Below are positions 28,856 to 38,947 of a stretch of DNA of 62,937 nucleotides, in pieces. A model generated the notes under the pieces. That model did no database searches. It was given only the letters and a program-made list of their open reading frames with translations, and was not told where the DNA came from. Position 1 is the stretch's first letter. The number at the start of each line of letters is the position of its first letter. The stretch covers positions 1-62,937 of the forward strand of contig CAMAWV010000003.1 in NCBI GenBank assembly GCA_945862075.1, in the 5' to 3' direction. Source of the DNA: Rickettsia typhi. GTDB lineage: Bacteria > Pseudomonadota > Alphaproteobacteria > Rickettsiales > UBA1997. Position numbers and translations under genes: made by a program.

Positions 28856-29740
28856 TTATTTAAAAATTTTGTGGTAAAAAAAATCAAGCGAAAGAGCGAC
28901 AATAATTAATAACAAACCAATAGTACTGATAAGTTGAAATTGATAATTTTCAAAAAAACTCGAAACTGCAAGAGCAATAACAGGATAAACCAAGGCGGTA
29001 TAATTAGCTTTAGCAGTGCCAATTTTTTGGATTAAGTAATACAAACACACAAAAGCTAAAATTGAAGCAAAGAAAATTTGATAAATCAACGAACCAACAT
29101 AAGAATAGCTAGAATCAAAATTAAATTTATAGCCCAAAACCAAGCTATAACACAAAAAATAAATAGCCCCAAATGCCGAAGCAAAAGAAATAGTAGTAAA
29201 GAGCGGAGTATGATTTTTTTTACTGTTGCAGGCCACCAAATAATTACCAAACGAAAAAACCAACATCATTAAAAAAGCATAAACAAAGCCAATTATTGGC
29301 AAGCCACTATTATTTTGCAAAACTTTTGGCAAAATAAAAAAAGCCAAACCAATGGTGCCAATAAAACCACTTAATAAAATTTTTTTACTAATTTTATGAC
29401 CATCAAGCCAAGCTTTTATTAACTCAGAGCTAATTACCGACAAACTAAAAATAACTGCAATAATACCACTTGGAATAATTTTAGTAGTATGATAACCAAT
29501 AAAAAAATTTAACGAAAAATTACAAAGAGCAATAAATAACAGATAAATAAATTCGTTTTTTTTTAGTTTTAGCCTAGTTTTGGTAAAAAAACAAACCGCA
29601 AACATAATGATTGAAACTGCAGAAAACCGATAAAATAAAGATATTTCTGGTGCAACAAGTTGAGTTGAGATTTGCAATTTCATTGCAAACCAACTAAAAC
29701 CCCAAGCTAAACACATTCCGATAAATGCTAAAATAATCAT
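28856..29740 (-). CDS. EamA/DMT-family transporter
   Basis: Ten-TM profile formed by two EamA-like halves. Confidence 0.8.
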   Translation of the reverse strand: MIILAFIGMCLAWGFSWFAMKLQISTQLVAPEISLFYRFSAVSIIMFAVCFFTKTRLKLKKNEFIYLLFIALCNFSLNFFIGYHTTKIIPSGIIAVIFSLSVISSELIKAWLDGHKISKKILLSGFIGTIGLAFFILPKVLQNNSGLPIIGFVYAFLMMLVFSFGNYLVACNSKKNHTPLFTTISFASAFGAIYFLCYSLVLGYKFNFDSSYSYVGSLIYQIFFASILAFVCLYYLIQKIGTAKANYTALVYPVIALAVSSFFENYQFQLISTIGLLLIIVALSLDFFYHKIFK

Positions 29741-31515
29741 TATTTTTCTATGATGATGTTAATTTCAAGAACTGGTTTTTTACCCATTAAATCGTTAAAA
29801 ATTTTTAATAATTTGCTTCTGATAGATTTTTCGAGTTCTTGCACTATTTTTGAGTAATCAAATGATTTTTTCTTTTTTAAAAAATTAAAAGAAAAAGAGC
29901 TTTCATCGAGTTTAACCTCTTTTGCTTTACCTCTTAATAAAGAATCGAGTTCTTTGTAAATTAAATCGGTGGTAAATTTATCTTGTTTTAAATTATAAGA
30001 ACCAACACAAATTATTTTGGATTGTTTTTGCCGAGCTAAATATTTATCGAGGTGTAAAGCAACAAAAACCGCCCCACTATCTTGGAGTTTTTTGCGTTCT
30101 CTAATGATTTCGCAGTTTAAATCAAGCAACTGTTTGCCATCAACTCCTAAATAACCAGACTTAACAAAACCTACTGATGTAGAACTATTAGGATTTTGTG
30201 AGTTAATTTTAATTACCAAGCCATTTTCGGCTTGAATGATTTTTGGCACACCGCACTCAAGAGCTAACTCACAATGTGTTTTAGTGTGAATAAACTCGCC
30301 ATGCACAGGAATGGCAATTTGCGGTTTTGCCAAATCATACATAATACGCAATTCTGCCTGTGAAGGGTGCCCTGAAACATGCACAAAATGATCTTTTTCA
30401 GTCATGACATCGATTTGTTTTTTTGCTAATAAATCGAATAATTCGAATATTTTTTTTTCGTTACCTGGAATGATTTTAGAGGAAAAAATCATTAAATCGC
30501 CCTTGCTAAAATGAATAACAGGATGAGAATTAGTGGCAATTTTTCGCACTGCAGCCATAGGCTCACCTTGACAACCTGTGCAAATAACTAACACTTCGTT
30601 TTTATTATAAAGCTTTAACTCTCTTTCAGAAATAAAATGACAATTTTCAAAATCATAGCCACTTTTTTTACCCACTTCATAAAGCCGATGCAATGAAAAA
30701 CCAGCTAAAATAACTTTTCGACCAATTTCGGTGGCAATTTTGGCAATTGTATGAATGCGTGCTAAATTAGAAGCAAAAGTAGTAACTCCAATAATGCCTT
30801 GCCTGTTAAGCATTAAAGATTTTAAAGACATATAAAGCTCTCCTTCTGAACGAGAATGCCCAGGATTGATGGCATTAGTTGAGTCGCACACCATAGCTAA
30901 AATTTGGTTGCTATCACCATAAGCCTTTATGGTAGCAAGATCGCTAGGCTTGCCTACTACTGGGTCTGGATCGAGCTTCCAGTCGCCAGTATGTAAAATA
31001 TTGCCAACTTGTGTTTTGATAAGCACTGCTTGCATTTCGGGCACAGAGTGGGTAAGGCCAATAAACTCTAGTTCAAAAGGGTTTAATTTAAGATTTTTAC
31101 CAGTAATTTTATGTAACGGAACCTCTTTGGCAAATTTAGTTTCAGACAATTTGCTTTGCAAAAAATTAATAGCAAAATTACTAGCATAAATAGGGGTTTG
31201 TAATTCTGGCCACAAATGCACCACAGCCCCTAGATGATCTTCGTGGATATGTGTAATTACCAAGCCAAGCAGGTTTTTTTTAATTTGTTGTAAAAAAGAA
31301 ATATCAGGCACCATCATTGAAACACCAGGCACATCGTAAGCAAAACCAACACCACAATCTATCATTAGCCACTTGCCGTTTAGATGGTATAAATTAAGAT
31401 TCATGCCAATTTCATTTGCACCACCAAGTGGTAAAAAGAGCAAATCTTGCTGATGGTTTTTTAAGTTAAAATTCATATCTTGTGTTTTAAACAGTGTTGA
31501 TGCCAAGTTTAGCAA
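29740..31515 (-). CDS. rnj: Ribonuclease J (metallo-beta-lactamase/beta-CASP)
   Basis: [28 protein letters not shown]. The alternative start ATG at 31476 would remove the overlap with bioB. Confidence 0.85.
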   Translation of the reverse strand: MLNLASTLFKTQDMNFNLKNHQQDLLFLPLGGANEIGMNLNLYHLNGKWLMIDCGVGFAYDVPGVSMMVPDISFLQQIKKNLLGLVITHIHEDHLGAVVHLWPELQTPIYASNFAINFLQSKLSETKFAKEVPLHKITGKNLKLNPFELEFIGLTHSVPEMQAVLIKTQVGNILHTGDWKLDPDPVVGKPSDLATIKAYGDSNQILAMVCDSTNAINPGHSRSEGELYMSLKSLMLNRQGIIGVTTFASNLARIHTIAKIATEIGRKVILAGFSLHRLYEVGKKSGYDFENCHFISERELKLYNKNEVLVICTGCQGEPMAAVRKIATNSHPVIHFSKGDLMIFSSKIIPGNEKKIFELFDLLAKKQIDVMTEKDHFVHVSGHPSQAELRIMYDLAKPQIAIPVHGEFIHTKTHCELALECGVPKIIQAENGLVIKINSQNPNSSTSVGFVKSGYLGVDGKQLLDLNCEIIRERKKLQDSGAVFVALHLDKYLARQKQSKIICVGSYNLKQDKFTTDLIYKELDSLLRGKAKEVKLDESSFSFNFLKKKKSFDYSKIVQELEKSIRSKLLKIFNDLMGKKPVLEINIIIEK

Positions 31516-32491
31516 ATAATTTTTGATCTTTTTGAGTTTGCGGATTATTAGTGGTTAATAATTTTTCGCCGTAAAAAATAGAATTAGCACCAGCAAAAAA
31601 GCATAAAGCTTGAGTTTGTTCATTCATTTGTTCTCGCCCTGCTGAAAGCCTAATTTTGCTTTTTGGCATTAAAATTCGAGCAACAGCAATAGTTTTGATA
31701 AACTCAAAGTGATCAAAATCAGCCACATTTTCAAGTGGAGTGCCGGCAACTTTTACCAACATGTTAATTGGCACCGACTCAGGTGGAGTTGGTAAATTAG
31801 CCAAAACTAGCAACATTTTTGCTCTATCTAAACACGTTTCACCCATGCCAACAATGCCACCAGAACACACATTTAAACCAGCATCACGCACATTTTGAAG
31901 AGTTTCTAAACGATCATTAAAATTTCTAGTAGTAATAATTTGCTCATAAAACTCTGGTGAAGAATCGATGTTATGATTATAATAATCAAGCCCAGCTTCT
32001 TTTAAAGCAAGGCTCTGTTTTGCGGTAAGCATACCAAGAGTCATGCAGGTTTCAAGACCAAGTTTTTTTACTTCAGTAATAATTTCACAAATATTTTGCA
32101 CATCACGATTGTGTAAACTTCGCCAAGCTGCCCCCATACAAAATCTGGAAGCCCCACTTTGCTTGGCAGAAACTGCAGCCTCTTTGATAGTTGCAAGGCT
32201 TAATAAAGCCTGTTTTTCTAAACCAGTGTTGTAGTGCGCAGATTGTGGGCAATATTTACAATTTTCAGGGCAAGAACCAGTTTTAATGCTAAGTAAAGTG
32301 CTAATTTGCACCTCATTTTGGTTTTGATGTTGACGATGAATTTGGGCTGCTTTAAATAATAAGTCATTAAAAGGTAAATCAAACAACTCTAAAACTTCTG
32401 ATAACTGATTATTATTTATGCCAGCAGTAACAGATTTTTGATTAAACTCTTGTTGTATATCTTGGCAAAAGCTGTTGTTTTGTTGGTGCAT
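31487..32491 (-). CDS. bioB: Biotin synthase
   Basis: Radical-SAM [11 protein letters not shown], plus YNHNIDSS and [10 protein letters not shown] motifs. Confidence 0.95.
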   Translation of the reverse strand: MHQQNNSFCQDIQQEFNQKSVTAGINNNQLSEVLELFDLPFNDLLFKAAQIHRQHQNQNEVQISTLLSIKTGSCPENCKYCPQSAHYNTGLEKQALLSLATIKEAAVSAKQSGASRFCMGAAWRSLHNRDVQNICEIITEVKKLGLETCMTLGMLTAKQSLALKEAGLDYYNHNIDSSPEFYEQIITTRNFNDRLETLQNVRDAGLNVCSGGIVGMGETCLDRAKMLLVLANLPTPPESVPINMLVKVAGTPLENVADFDHFEFIKTIAVARILMPKSKIRLSAGREQMNEQTQALCFFAGANSIFYGEKLLTTNNPQTQKDQKLFAKLGINTV

Positions 32492-32501
32492 AATTTTTGA
32501 G

Positions 32502-32816
32502 TTAAAATTTTAAACCCGGAGGTAATGGCATGCCAGCGGTAGCAGATTTTAGCATATCGCTTGATTGATCGTCGGAATTTTTTTTGGCATCGTTAAAAGC
32601 AGCAATTATCAGATCTTCGAGAACTTCTTTTTCATCAATAACAATCAAACTAGGATCGATAGTGATTTTTTTTGCTACCCCTGCTCCATTAATTAATACT
32701 TTTACCAAGCCACCACCAGCAGAACCAGTAAATTCTTTACTAGAAAAATCGTCTTGTATTTTTTTCATTTTATCTTGCATTTGTTGCGCTTGCTTCATTA
32801 AAGATTTGATATCCAT
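32502..32816 (-). CDS. ybaB: YbaB/EbfC nucleoid-associated protein
   Basis: 104 aa, [16 protein letters not shown]...GGGLVKV... Confidence 0.9.
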   Translation of the reverse strand: MDIKSLMKQAQQMQDKMKKIQDDFSSKEFTGSAGGGLVKVLINGAGVAKKITIDPSLIVIDEKEVLEDLIIAAFNDAKKNSDDQSSDMLKSATAGMPLPPGLKF

Positions 32817-32869
32817 AGTGTTTTAAATTAAGTTAATCAATGAACTAAATTATATTTTACAATAATTTT

Positions 32870-32925
32870 AAAAGCTAGTAAAAAATTAAAAAACTACTGT
32901 ATCAATTAATTTTGTACTAGCTTTT
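32870..32925. repeat. Perfect 11-bp inverted repeat AAAAGCTAGTA / TACTAGCTTTT with a 34-nt spacer, upstream of the orphan MTase
   Basis: Arms at 32870-32880 and 32915-32925, read directly. Lies in the divergent ybaB/MTase intergenic region. Confidence 0.45.
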
Positions 32926-32985
32926 TTATTGATTTGTGATAAAATTTTCAAAACACCAATTATTATCATCAAAAAAAACCAAATT

Positions 32986-34158
32986 ATGCAATCCTCTGTT
33001 AATCAAAATCATTTACAGCATAGCGAAAAAATAAATTTAGGGGCATTTTATACTCCTTTAAAATATGTGCAAATAGTGTGGAATTTAATTGAGCCTTTTC
33101 TTAATCAAAATTCTGTTATTTTTGATAGTTCTTGTGGCTACGGAAATTTTTTTATCAATAACACAAAAAACTATTCTTTAAAAGCAAACGACATAGATGC
33201 AACAGCATCTAAAATTGCCAAAAATAATTTTTCTCATCTCGAAATTTTTAATAAAAATGCACTTTATAATGTTTCAAGAGAACAGTTTAACATTAATAAA
33301 AATCAACATTTAGTTATTATAGGAAATCCGCCCTACAACGACACTACTTCTATAATCAAAAACCATCTAAAACAACATAATTTACCCATTGATAATGTTA
33401 TAAAAACCAGAGATTATGGTATTTCTTTTTTACTATCTTATGCCAAATTAAATGCCGATATAGTTTGTGTTTTACATCCGCTATCTTATTTAATCAAAAA
33501 ATCGAATTTTAATTTATTAAAAGATTTTACCAACAATTATCAACTAATTGATGGTATCGTTATTGATAGCTCAACCTTTAAAGAAACCTCCAGAAGTATA
33601 TCTTTTCCAATAATTATCGGCCTGTATTTAAAAAATAAAAACGGCATGAATTATGATTATATTAAAAATTTTACCTTTAAAACCTTTAATAATAAATCTT
33701 TTACACTGCAAAAATTCGATTTTATCTCAAACTATATTACTAAATATCCATTAAAAAACTCTTCTCCAAATAAAGACGATATTTTATTTTGGACAATGCG
33801 CGATATTAATGCCCTCAAAAGAAACAAAACTTTTGTAAAAAATTTTTGTTATAATACTATTATAGTAGATAAAAAAAAGCTCGAATATTATATTTATGTT
33901 GATGTTTTTAAGCAATTTAGCAATCTTATACCTTATTATTTTGGCAATCTCGATGTTTTTATTAATCATCAATATTTTCAAGAATATAAACATTTTTTTC
34001 TTACAGAATGCCTAGCAAGAAATAATTTTTTACAAAATTTTATTAATACCGATGCTAATATTTCAAAACTAGAAGCAACAAAAAAAATACAACAATATTT
34101 TGAGCAAATTGTAAAAAATAACTACGAAAACTCTTGTGTAATGCAAAATATTTCATAA
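32986..34158 (+). CDS. Orphan N6-adenine DNA methyltransferase (gamma-class, NPPY)
   Basis: GAFYTP, motif I DSSCGYGNF, motif IV IIGNPPYND. No adjacent nuclease. I preferred the ATG at 32986 over the track's TTG at 32929. Confidence 0.7.
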   Translation: MQSSVNQNHLQHSEKINLGAFYTPLKYVQIVWNLIEPFLNQNSVIFDSSCGYGNFFINNTKNYSLKANDIDATASKIAKNNFSHLEIFNKNALYNVSREQFNINKNQHLVIIGNPPYNDTTSIIKNHLKQHNLPIDNVIKTRDYGISFLLSYAKLNADIVCVLHPLSYLIKKSNFNLLKDFTNNYQLIDGIVIDSSTFKETSRSISFPIIIGLYLKNKNGMNYDYIKNFTFKTFNNKSFTLQKFDFISNYITKYPLKNSSPNKDDILFWTMRDINALKRNKTFVKNFCYNTIIVDKKKLEYYIYVDVFKQFSNLIPYYFGNLDVFINHQYFQEYKHFFLTECLARNNFLQNFINTDANISKLEATKKIQQYFEQIVKNNYENSCVMQNIS

Positions 34159-34173
34159 CCAACTTTAAAAAAT

Positions 34174-34899
34174 ATGACAACCCTAAATCAAAACGAAGTA
34201 GATAAATTCTCGGCCATAGCCAGCGAGTGGTGGAGCGAAAACGGCAAATTCAAGCCACTACACTGTTTTAACCCAATTCGCTTGCAATTTATTAGCAAGC
34301 ATATTGCAGGGCATTTTGAGCTAAACACTAATCAACAGTATTTTTTAAAAGGTTTAAGCCTGATCGATATTGGTTGTGGTGGTGGCTTGGTGGCAGAGCC
34401 GATGGCAAATTTAGGAGCAGAAGTGCTGGCGATAGATGCTTCGGCAACCAACATTGAGGTAGCCAAAATTCATGCCAAGCAAAGTGGCCTAAACATTAAC
34501 TATAAGCAAGCAACTCCCGAGCAAATTGCCCAAGAAAATCAGCAGTTTGATGTGGTTTTGGCTCTTGAAATAATTGAACATGTTGAAAATGTTGAGTTAT
34601 TTTTGCAAGCCTGTTCTGATTTGTTAAAGCCAAACGGAGTGTTGTTTGTAGCAACAATTAATCGCAATTTAAAATCATTGCTTTTTGCAAAATTTGGAGC
34701 AGAATATGTGCTACGATGGTTACCAATTGGCACTCATCACTGGCATAAATTTTTAAAACCTGCTGAAATTGTTAATTCGGCACAAAAATTCAATCTAAAC
34801 TTAAAGCATTTACAAGGCTTTAGCTACAATATTTTTAACAACACTTGGCAAGAAAGCCAAAATATCGATATTAATTATTGCTTATCATTTACTAAATAA
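34174..34899 (+). CDS. ubiG: Ubiquinone biosynthesis O-methyltransferase
   Basis: FSAIASEWWSENGKFKPLH, SAM motif DIGCGGGLVAEPMA, GTHHWHKF. Confidence 0.9.
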   Translation: MTTLNQNEVDKFSAIASEWWSENGKFKPLHCFNPIRLQFISKHIAGHFELNTNQQYFLKGLSLIDIGCGGGLVAEPMANLGAEVLAIDASATNIEVAKIHAKQSGLNINYKQATPEQIAQENQQFDVVLALEIIEHVENVELFLQACSDLLKPNGVLFVATINRNLKSLLFAKFGAEYVLRWLPIGTHHWHKFLKPAEIVNSAQKFNLNLKHLQGFSYNIFNNTWQESQNIDINYCLSFTK

Positions 34900-34903
34900 T
34901 TTT

Positions 34904-35518
34904 ATGACTATTTTTTTTCACAACAACGATTTACCAAATCACTTTACCGCTAGCAGTGCGGTAGCAATTGATAGCGAAACTATGGGTTTAAATATTAATC
35001 GTGATCGCTTGTGTTTATTGCAGTTTAGCAACGGCGACGGTTCAGCTCATTTGGTGCAGTTTGAACATGGCAATAACTATCAATGCCCAAATATCAAGGC
35101 TTTACTTACTAATTGGCAAGTGCAAAAAATTTTTCATTATGCTCGGTTTGATTTAGCTTGCTTGCAACACTATTTGCAAGTAGAAACTCAAAATATTTAT
35201 TGCACTAAAATCGCTTCGAAACTAGTACGCACCTATACCGAATCACATGGTTTAAAAAGCTTGTGCGAAGAATTACTTGGCATTGAAATTTCAAAAAAAC
35301 AACAAAGCTCTGATTGGGGCAACGAAACCATTTCAAAAAAACAACAAGAATATGCGGCTCACGATGTGCTTTATTTGCACCAACTCCAACACAAACTCAC
35401 CAATATGTTAAAGCGCGAAGGTCGATACAACTATTTTTTAGAGTGCCTCAAATTTTTGCCAACTAGAGTAAAGCTTGATTTGGCAGGTTTTGAAATAATC
35501 GATATTTTTGCTCATTAA
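34904..35518 (+). CDS. 3'-5' exonuclease (short RNase D-like, DEDDy)
   Basis: AIDSETMGL (ExoI), HYARFDL (ExoII), YAAHDVLYL (ExoIII). Confidence 0.75.
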   Translation: MTIFFHNNDLPNHFTASSAVAIDSETMGLNINRDRLCLLQFSNGDGSAHLVQFEHGNNYQCPNIKALLTNWQVQKIFHYARFDLACLQHYLQVETQNIYCTKIASKLVRTYTESHGLKSLCEELLGIEISKKQQSSDWGNETISKKQQEYAAHDVLYLHQLQHKLTNMLKREGRYNYFLECLKFLPTRVKLDLAGFEIIDIFAH

Positions 35519-35522
35519 ACTT

Positions 35523-36905
35523 ATGTCAAACAACAATATTTTAGAATTTGGAGTTGCCGATTTTTCGCAAACTATCAAAAAACACATCGAAACCTCTTTT
35601 GAATATGTTGCTATTAAAGGTGAAATTAGCGGTTACAGGCCACACAGTAGCGGGCATATTTATTTTAAACTCAAAGAAGGTGATTTTGTTTTAAATGCAG
35701 TTTGTTTTAAAGGCAAAGCAAGTAAAATTAATTTTGCTCTTGAAAATGGCTTAAAAGTTAAAGCAACAGGCAAAATAACCACTTTTGGCTCTCGCTCCGA
35801 ATATCAAATTATTGCCGATAGCCTTGAACTAGATGGCATTGGCGCCATGATGATGGCGGTTGAAAAACTCAAAGAAAAGCTTATTTTAGAAGGTTTATTT
35901 GATGAAAAATATAAAAAATCAATTCCTTTTTTATCAAATATCATTGGCATTATTACTTCACCTACCGGATCGGTAATTGAAGACATGAAACATCGCATTG
36001 AAGCCAGATTTCCTACTAACATTTTGTTATACCCAACTTTAGTGCAAGGCAACGAAGCCGCAAGGCAAATAATTGCTGGAGTGCAATATTTTAATAACCT
36101 CTCCACAAATAAGCCCGATTTAATAATCATTGCTAGAGGCGGAGGCTCTTTTGAAGATTTAATGCCATTTAACGACGAAGCCCTAATTAGAGCAGTTTTT
36201 GCTTCAACAATTCCAGTTATTTCGGCAATTGGTCATGAGCCAGATTTTACCTTGCTTGATTTTGTTGCCGACAAAAGAGCTCCAACTCCCACAGCAGCAG
36301 CTGAAATTGTCACTCCTGAAAGAGCAAATTTGCAAGAAAAAATAACCAAAGCAAAAGAAATAATTAACAGAGTTTTTATTAATTATTTGCAAAATAAACA
36401 CAAAGATTTACAAAATTTACAAGAAAAACAAAAAAGCATTGTAGCTAATTTTTTTACTTTACAACAACAAAAACTCCTTAAAAACACTCTGCCAAATTTA
36501 AACCATATTTTTAGCAAGTTGCAAGAAAAAATCACACATTGCAAACAAATTATTGCCAACAATCTTGAAAAAATCCTACAAAATAAACAAGCAAAACTTG
36601 ATAAATGCAAAATTGACAACAATTTAATTGTGCTAAAAATCAATAATTTGAAGCAATTATTAGTTGAAACACACAACAAAATTACCACAAAACTTGATTT
36701 TCATCTGGAAAGAAAGCAAAACTTACTTCAAAATAACCAAAAAATGCTAGATTCTTACCACTATGAAAATGTGCTAAAAAGGGGTTTTGCCATTGTTTAT
36801 AACGAGCAAGAACAGGCAATTACTAACATTGCCACTGCTAAAAAGCAAGCAAACCTCATTTTGCAAATGCAAGATGGCAAAATATTGGTAAAAAATGAAA
36901 AATAA
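35523..36905 (+). CDS. xseA: Exodeoxyribonuclease VII large subunit
   Basis: OB-fold start GEISGYRPHSSGHIYFKLKE, ARGGGSFEDL, AIGHEPDFTL. Confidence 0.9.
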   Translation: MSNNNILEFGVADFSQTIKKHIETSFEYVAIKGEISGYRPHSSGHIYFKLKEGDFVLNAVCFKGKASKINFALENGLKVKATGKITTFGSRSEYQIIADSLELDGIGAMMMAVEKLKEKLILEGLFDEKYKKSIPFLSNIIGIITSPTGSVIEDMKHRIEARFPTNILLYPTLVQGNEAARQIIAGVQYFNNLSTNKPDLIIIARGGGSFEDLMPFNDEALIRAVFASTIPVISAIGHEPDFTLLDFVADKRAPTPTAAAEIVTPERANLQEKITKAKEIINRVFINYLQNKHKDLQNLQEKQKSIVANFFTLQQQKLLKNTLPNLNHIFSKLQEKITHCKQIIANNLEKILQNKQAKLDKCKIDNNLIVLKINNLKQLLVETHNKITTKLDFHLERKQNLLQNNQKMLDSYHYENVLKRGFAIVYNEQEQAITNIATAKKQANLILQMQDGKILVKNEK

Positions 36906-36923
36906 ATTTGAGATGCAACAGTT
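36904..36923. repeat. Intergenic motif copy B: AAATTTGAGATGCAACAGTT
   Basis: 19/20 identical to 10821-10840. Overlaps the xseA stop, upstream of nusA. Confidence 0.5.
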
Positions 36924-37042
36924 TTATAATAATAAAATATTTTGTCTTTTTGCAAAAACATGCTTGCTATTTTGAATGCAAAATTTTAATATTAGCTTAT
37001 TATCTTATTTCCATAACCCAAATTAACATTAAAAAAATAACT

Positions 37043-38329
37043 ATGTCGGGCAATTTAACCATAATGGGCAGTAAAGAAATTTTATTAGTAGCAGAAAACA
37101 TCGCACACGAAAAAGGCATCTTATTGCAAGAAGTAATCGAGGCAATGGAAGAAGGCTTAAAATCAGCTGCCAAAAAAAAATATGGCATACATCTCGATAT
37201 TGAGTGCAAAATCGATCGCAAATCTGGGCAAATAAAGTTATTTAACAAACTGCAAGTTGTTGAAGATTCTATCGAAAACTTCGATAACCGCAATCATGTC
37301 ACTATTTCTCATGCCAAGCAAGAAAACTCCCAAGTTGAAATTGGTGATGTAGTTATTCAAGAGTTACCACCTATCGATTTAAGCCGAGTAGTTGCCCAAG
37401 TTGCTCGAAATGAAATCATTAAAAAAGTAAAAGAAGCCGAAAGAAACAAAGAATATAAAGAATTCAAAGATCGCATTGGTGATATTGTTTCAGCTGTAGT
37501 TAAAAAAACTGGCATCAAAAATATTGTAATGGATCTCGATGGTTACGAAGCTGTGTTACATGAAAGTGGCTTAATTCCAAGAGAAAACTTTAAAGTTGGC
37601 GATCGTGTTCGTTGCTACATTGAAGATGTTAGGCAAGAAATGATAGGGGCTCAAATATTTTTATCTCGAACTCATCCACAATTTTTAGTAAAACTTTTTG
37701 AACAAGAAGTTCCGGAGCTTTACGAAGGTAATATCGAAGTTAAATCAGTTGTGCGCGATGCTGGCTCAAGAGCGAAAATTGCTATTTACTCTCGAAGAGA
37801 CGATATTGATATTGTCGGTTCTTTTATTGGTATTCGTGGTAGCAGAGTTCAATCGGTAAGTTCTGAGTTAAAAGGTGAAAAAATAGATATCATCAAGTGG
37901 TCGGGTAATGTTGCCGAATTAGTTATTTCAGCACTTACTCCTGCTAAAGTTTCTAAAGTGGTAGTTGATCAAGAAAACAATCTCATCGAAGCTGTGGTAA
38001 GAGAAGATCAGTTAAGTTTAGCTATTGGTAGAGGTGGGCAAAATGTTAAATTAGCATCAAAATTAGTTGGTTACAAAATAGATGTCATGACTGAAGAACA
38101 AGAATCAGCCAGAAGAACCACCGAATTTAATCAAGCATCAAAATTATTCATCGAAGCTCTTGATGTTGAAGATATGATTGCTAATTTATTGGCAAGCGAA
38201 GGCTTTTTAACTGTTGAATCTATCGTTGAAGCCGAAATATCCGAAATAGCTTCTATCGAAGGCTTTGATGAAGATGTTGCTAAAGAAATTAAAAATCGAG
38301 CAATCGATTATTTACAAAAAATTGCTTAA
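37043..38329 (+). CDS. nusA: Transcription termination/antitermination factor NusA
   Basis: N-terminal EILLVAENIAHEKGI, S1 and two KH domains (GIRGSRVQSV, GRGGQNVKLA). The ATG at 37043 replaces the track's 45-aa TTG extension. Confidence 0.95.
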   Translation: MSGNLTIMGSKEILLVAENIAHEKGILLQEVIEAMEEGLKSAAKKKYGIHLDIECKIDRKSGQIKLFNKLQVVEDSIENFDNRNHVTISHAKQENSQVEIGDVVIQELPPIDLSRVVAQVARNEIIKKVKEAERNKEYKEFKDRIGDIVSAVVKKTGIKNIVMDLDGYEAVLHESGLIPRENFKVGDRVRCYIEDVRQEMIGAQIFLSRTHPQFLVKLFEQEVPELYEGNIEVKSVVRDAGSRAKIAIYSRRDDIDIVGSFIGIRGSRVQSVSSELKGEKIDIIKWSGNVAELVISALTPAKVSKVVVDQENNLIEAVVREDQLSLAIGRGGQNVKLASKLVGYKIDVMTEEQESARRTTEFNQASKLFIEALDVEDMIANLLASEGFLTVESIVEAEISEIASIEGFDEDVAKEIKNRAIDYLQKIA

Positions 38330-38340
38330 TACAAGCTTTT

Positions 38341-38427
38341 GCGGTCGTGGCGGAATTGGTATACGCGTAACGTTGAGGTCGTTATGAGGTAACACTCGTG
38401 GAAGTTCAAGTCTTCTCGACCGCACCA
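38341..38427 (+). tRNA. tRNA-Leu (anticodon GAG), long variable arm, CCA encoded
   Basis: GCGGTCG...TAACG TTGAGGT CGTTA, long variable arm, GAAGTTCAAGTCTTC, CGACCGC A CCA. Confidence 0.9.
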
Positions 38428-38463
38428 TTATAAGAGTTTAATTAATTAAAGATATCTTAAACA

Positions 38464-38724
38464 ATGAATGACAATAAAAACACCGCACAAGAAAAAAAAT
38501 TAGAGTCAGTAAATGTTGCCGCAACTCAAGATAAAATGGTTCCTAAGTTCTGCACTGGAATTAATGTAGGGTTGTTAAAAAGTAAAAATGTGGTTCTAAC
38601 AATGGTATATCACGAAGATCTTAATCAAGTTGCCGTTATTGATAGAATAGTAATTGATTTAGACCATGCAAGAGAATTAAAAAATGTTTTAGATCATCTT
38701 TTAAAGGTGGATGATAATGTATAA
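38464..38724 (+). CDS. Small hypothetical protein (DUF3467-like pattern, tentative)
   Basis: 86-aa ORF 37 nt after tRNA-Leu. RIVIDLDHARELKNVLDHLL resembles the DUF3467 C-terminal pattern (from memory). Confidence 0.35.
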   Translation: MNDNKNTAQEKKLESVNVAATQDKMVPKFCTGINVGLLKSKNVVLTMVYHEDLNQVAVIDRIVIDLDHARELKNVLDHLLKVDDNV

Positions 38725-38947
38725 GCAATATTATAATATATCACTTACATCACTTCACCTAGAGCCTCTTGTGTTTATTGAATCTTTTTGTACCCAAAAA
38801 GAAAATAAAATCATTAAAGAAATAAAGGTTGCAAAAAAAGAGCTTAGCCCAATGATGTTAATTATAGATTATATGAAAAAACATATAGATCAAATCGATA
38901 AAGCTAGAATAAATTTAAAATCTCAATACCCAGATTTACTGCCCTAA
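38711..38947 (+). CDS. Small hypothetical protein, overlapping the preceding ORF (possible translational coupling)
   Basis: 78-aa ORF whose start lies inside the previous gene's last codons (ATGATAATGTATAA). Confidence 0.3.
   Translation: MIMYKQYYNISLTSLHLEPLVFIESFCTQKENKIIKEIKVAKKELSPMMLIIDYMKKHIDQIDKARINLKSQYPDLLP

Noticed and set aside
28846-28902. Track start of the alaS-like ORF (MSLFRLIFFTTKFLNNLLN...)
   Set aside because: These 19 codons overlap the 3' end of the EamA gene and do not resemble AlaRS. The ATG at 28845 directly follows the EamA stop.
36204-36688. Minus-strand ORFs of 65 and 101 aa inside xseA
   Set aside because: They are antisense shadow ORFs in the coiled-coil part of xseA, with no motifs.
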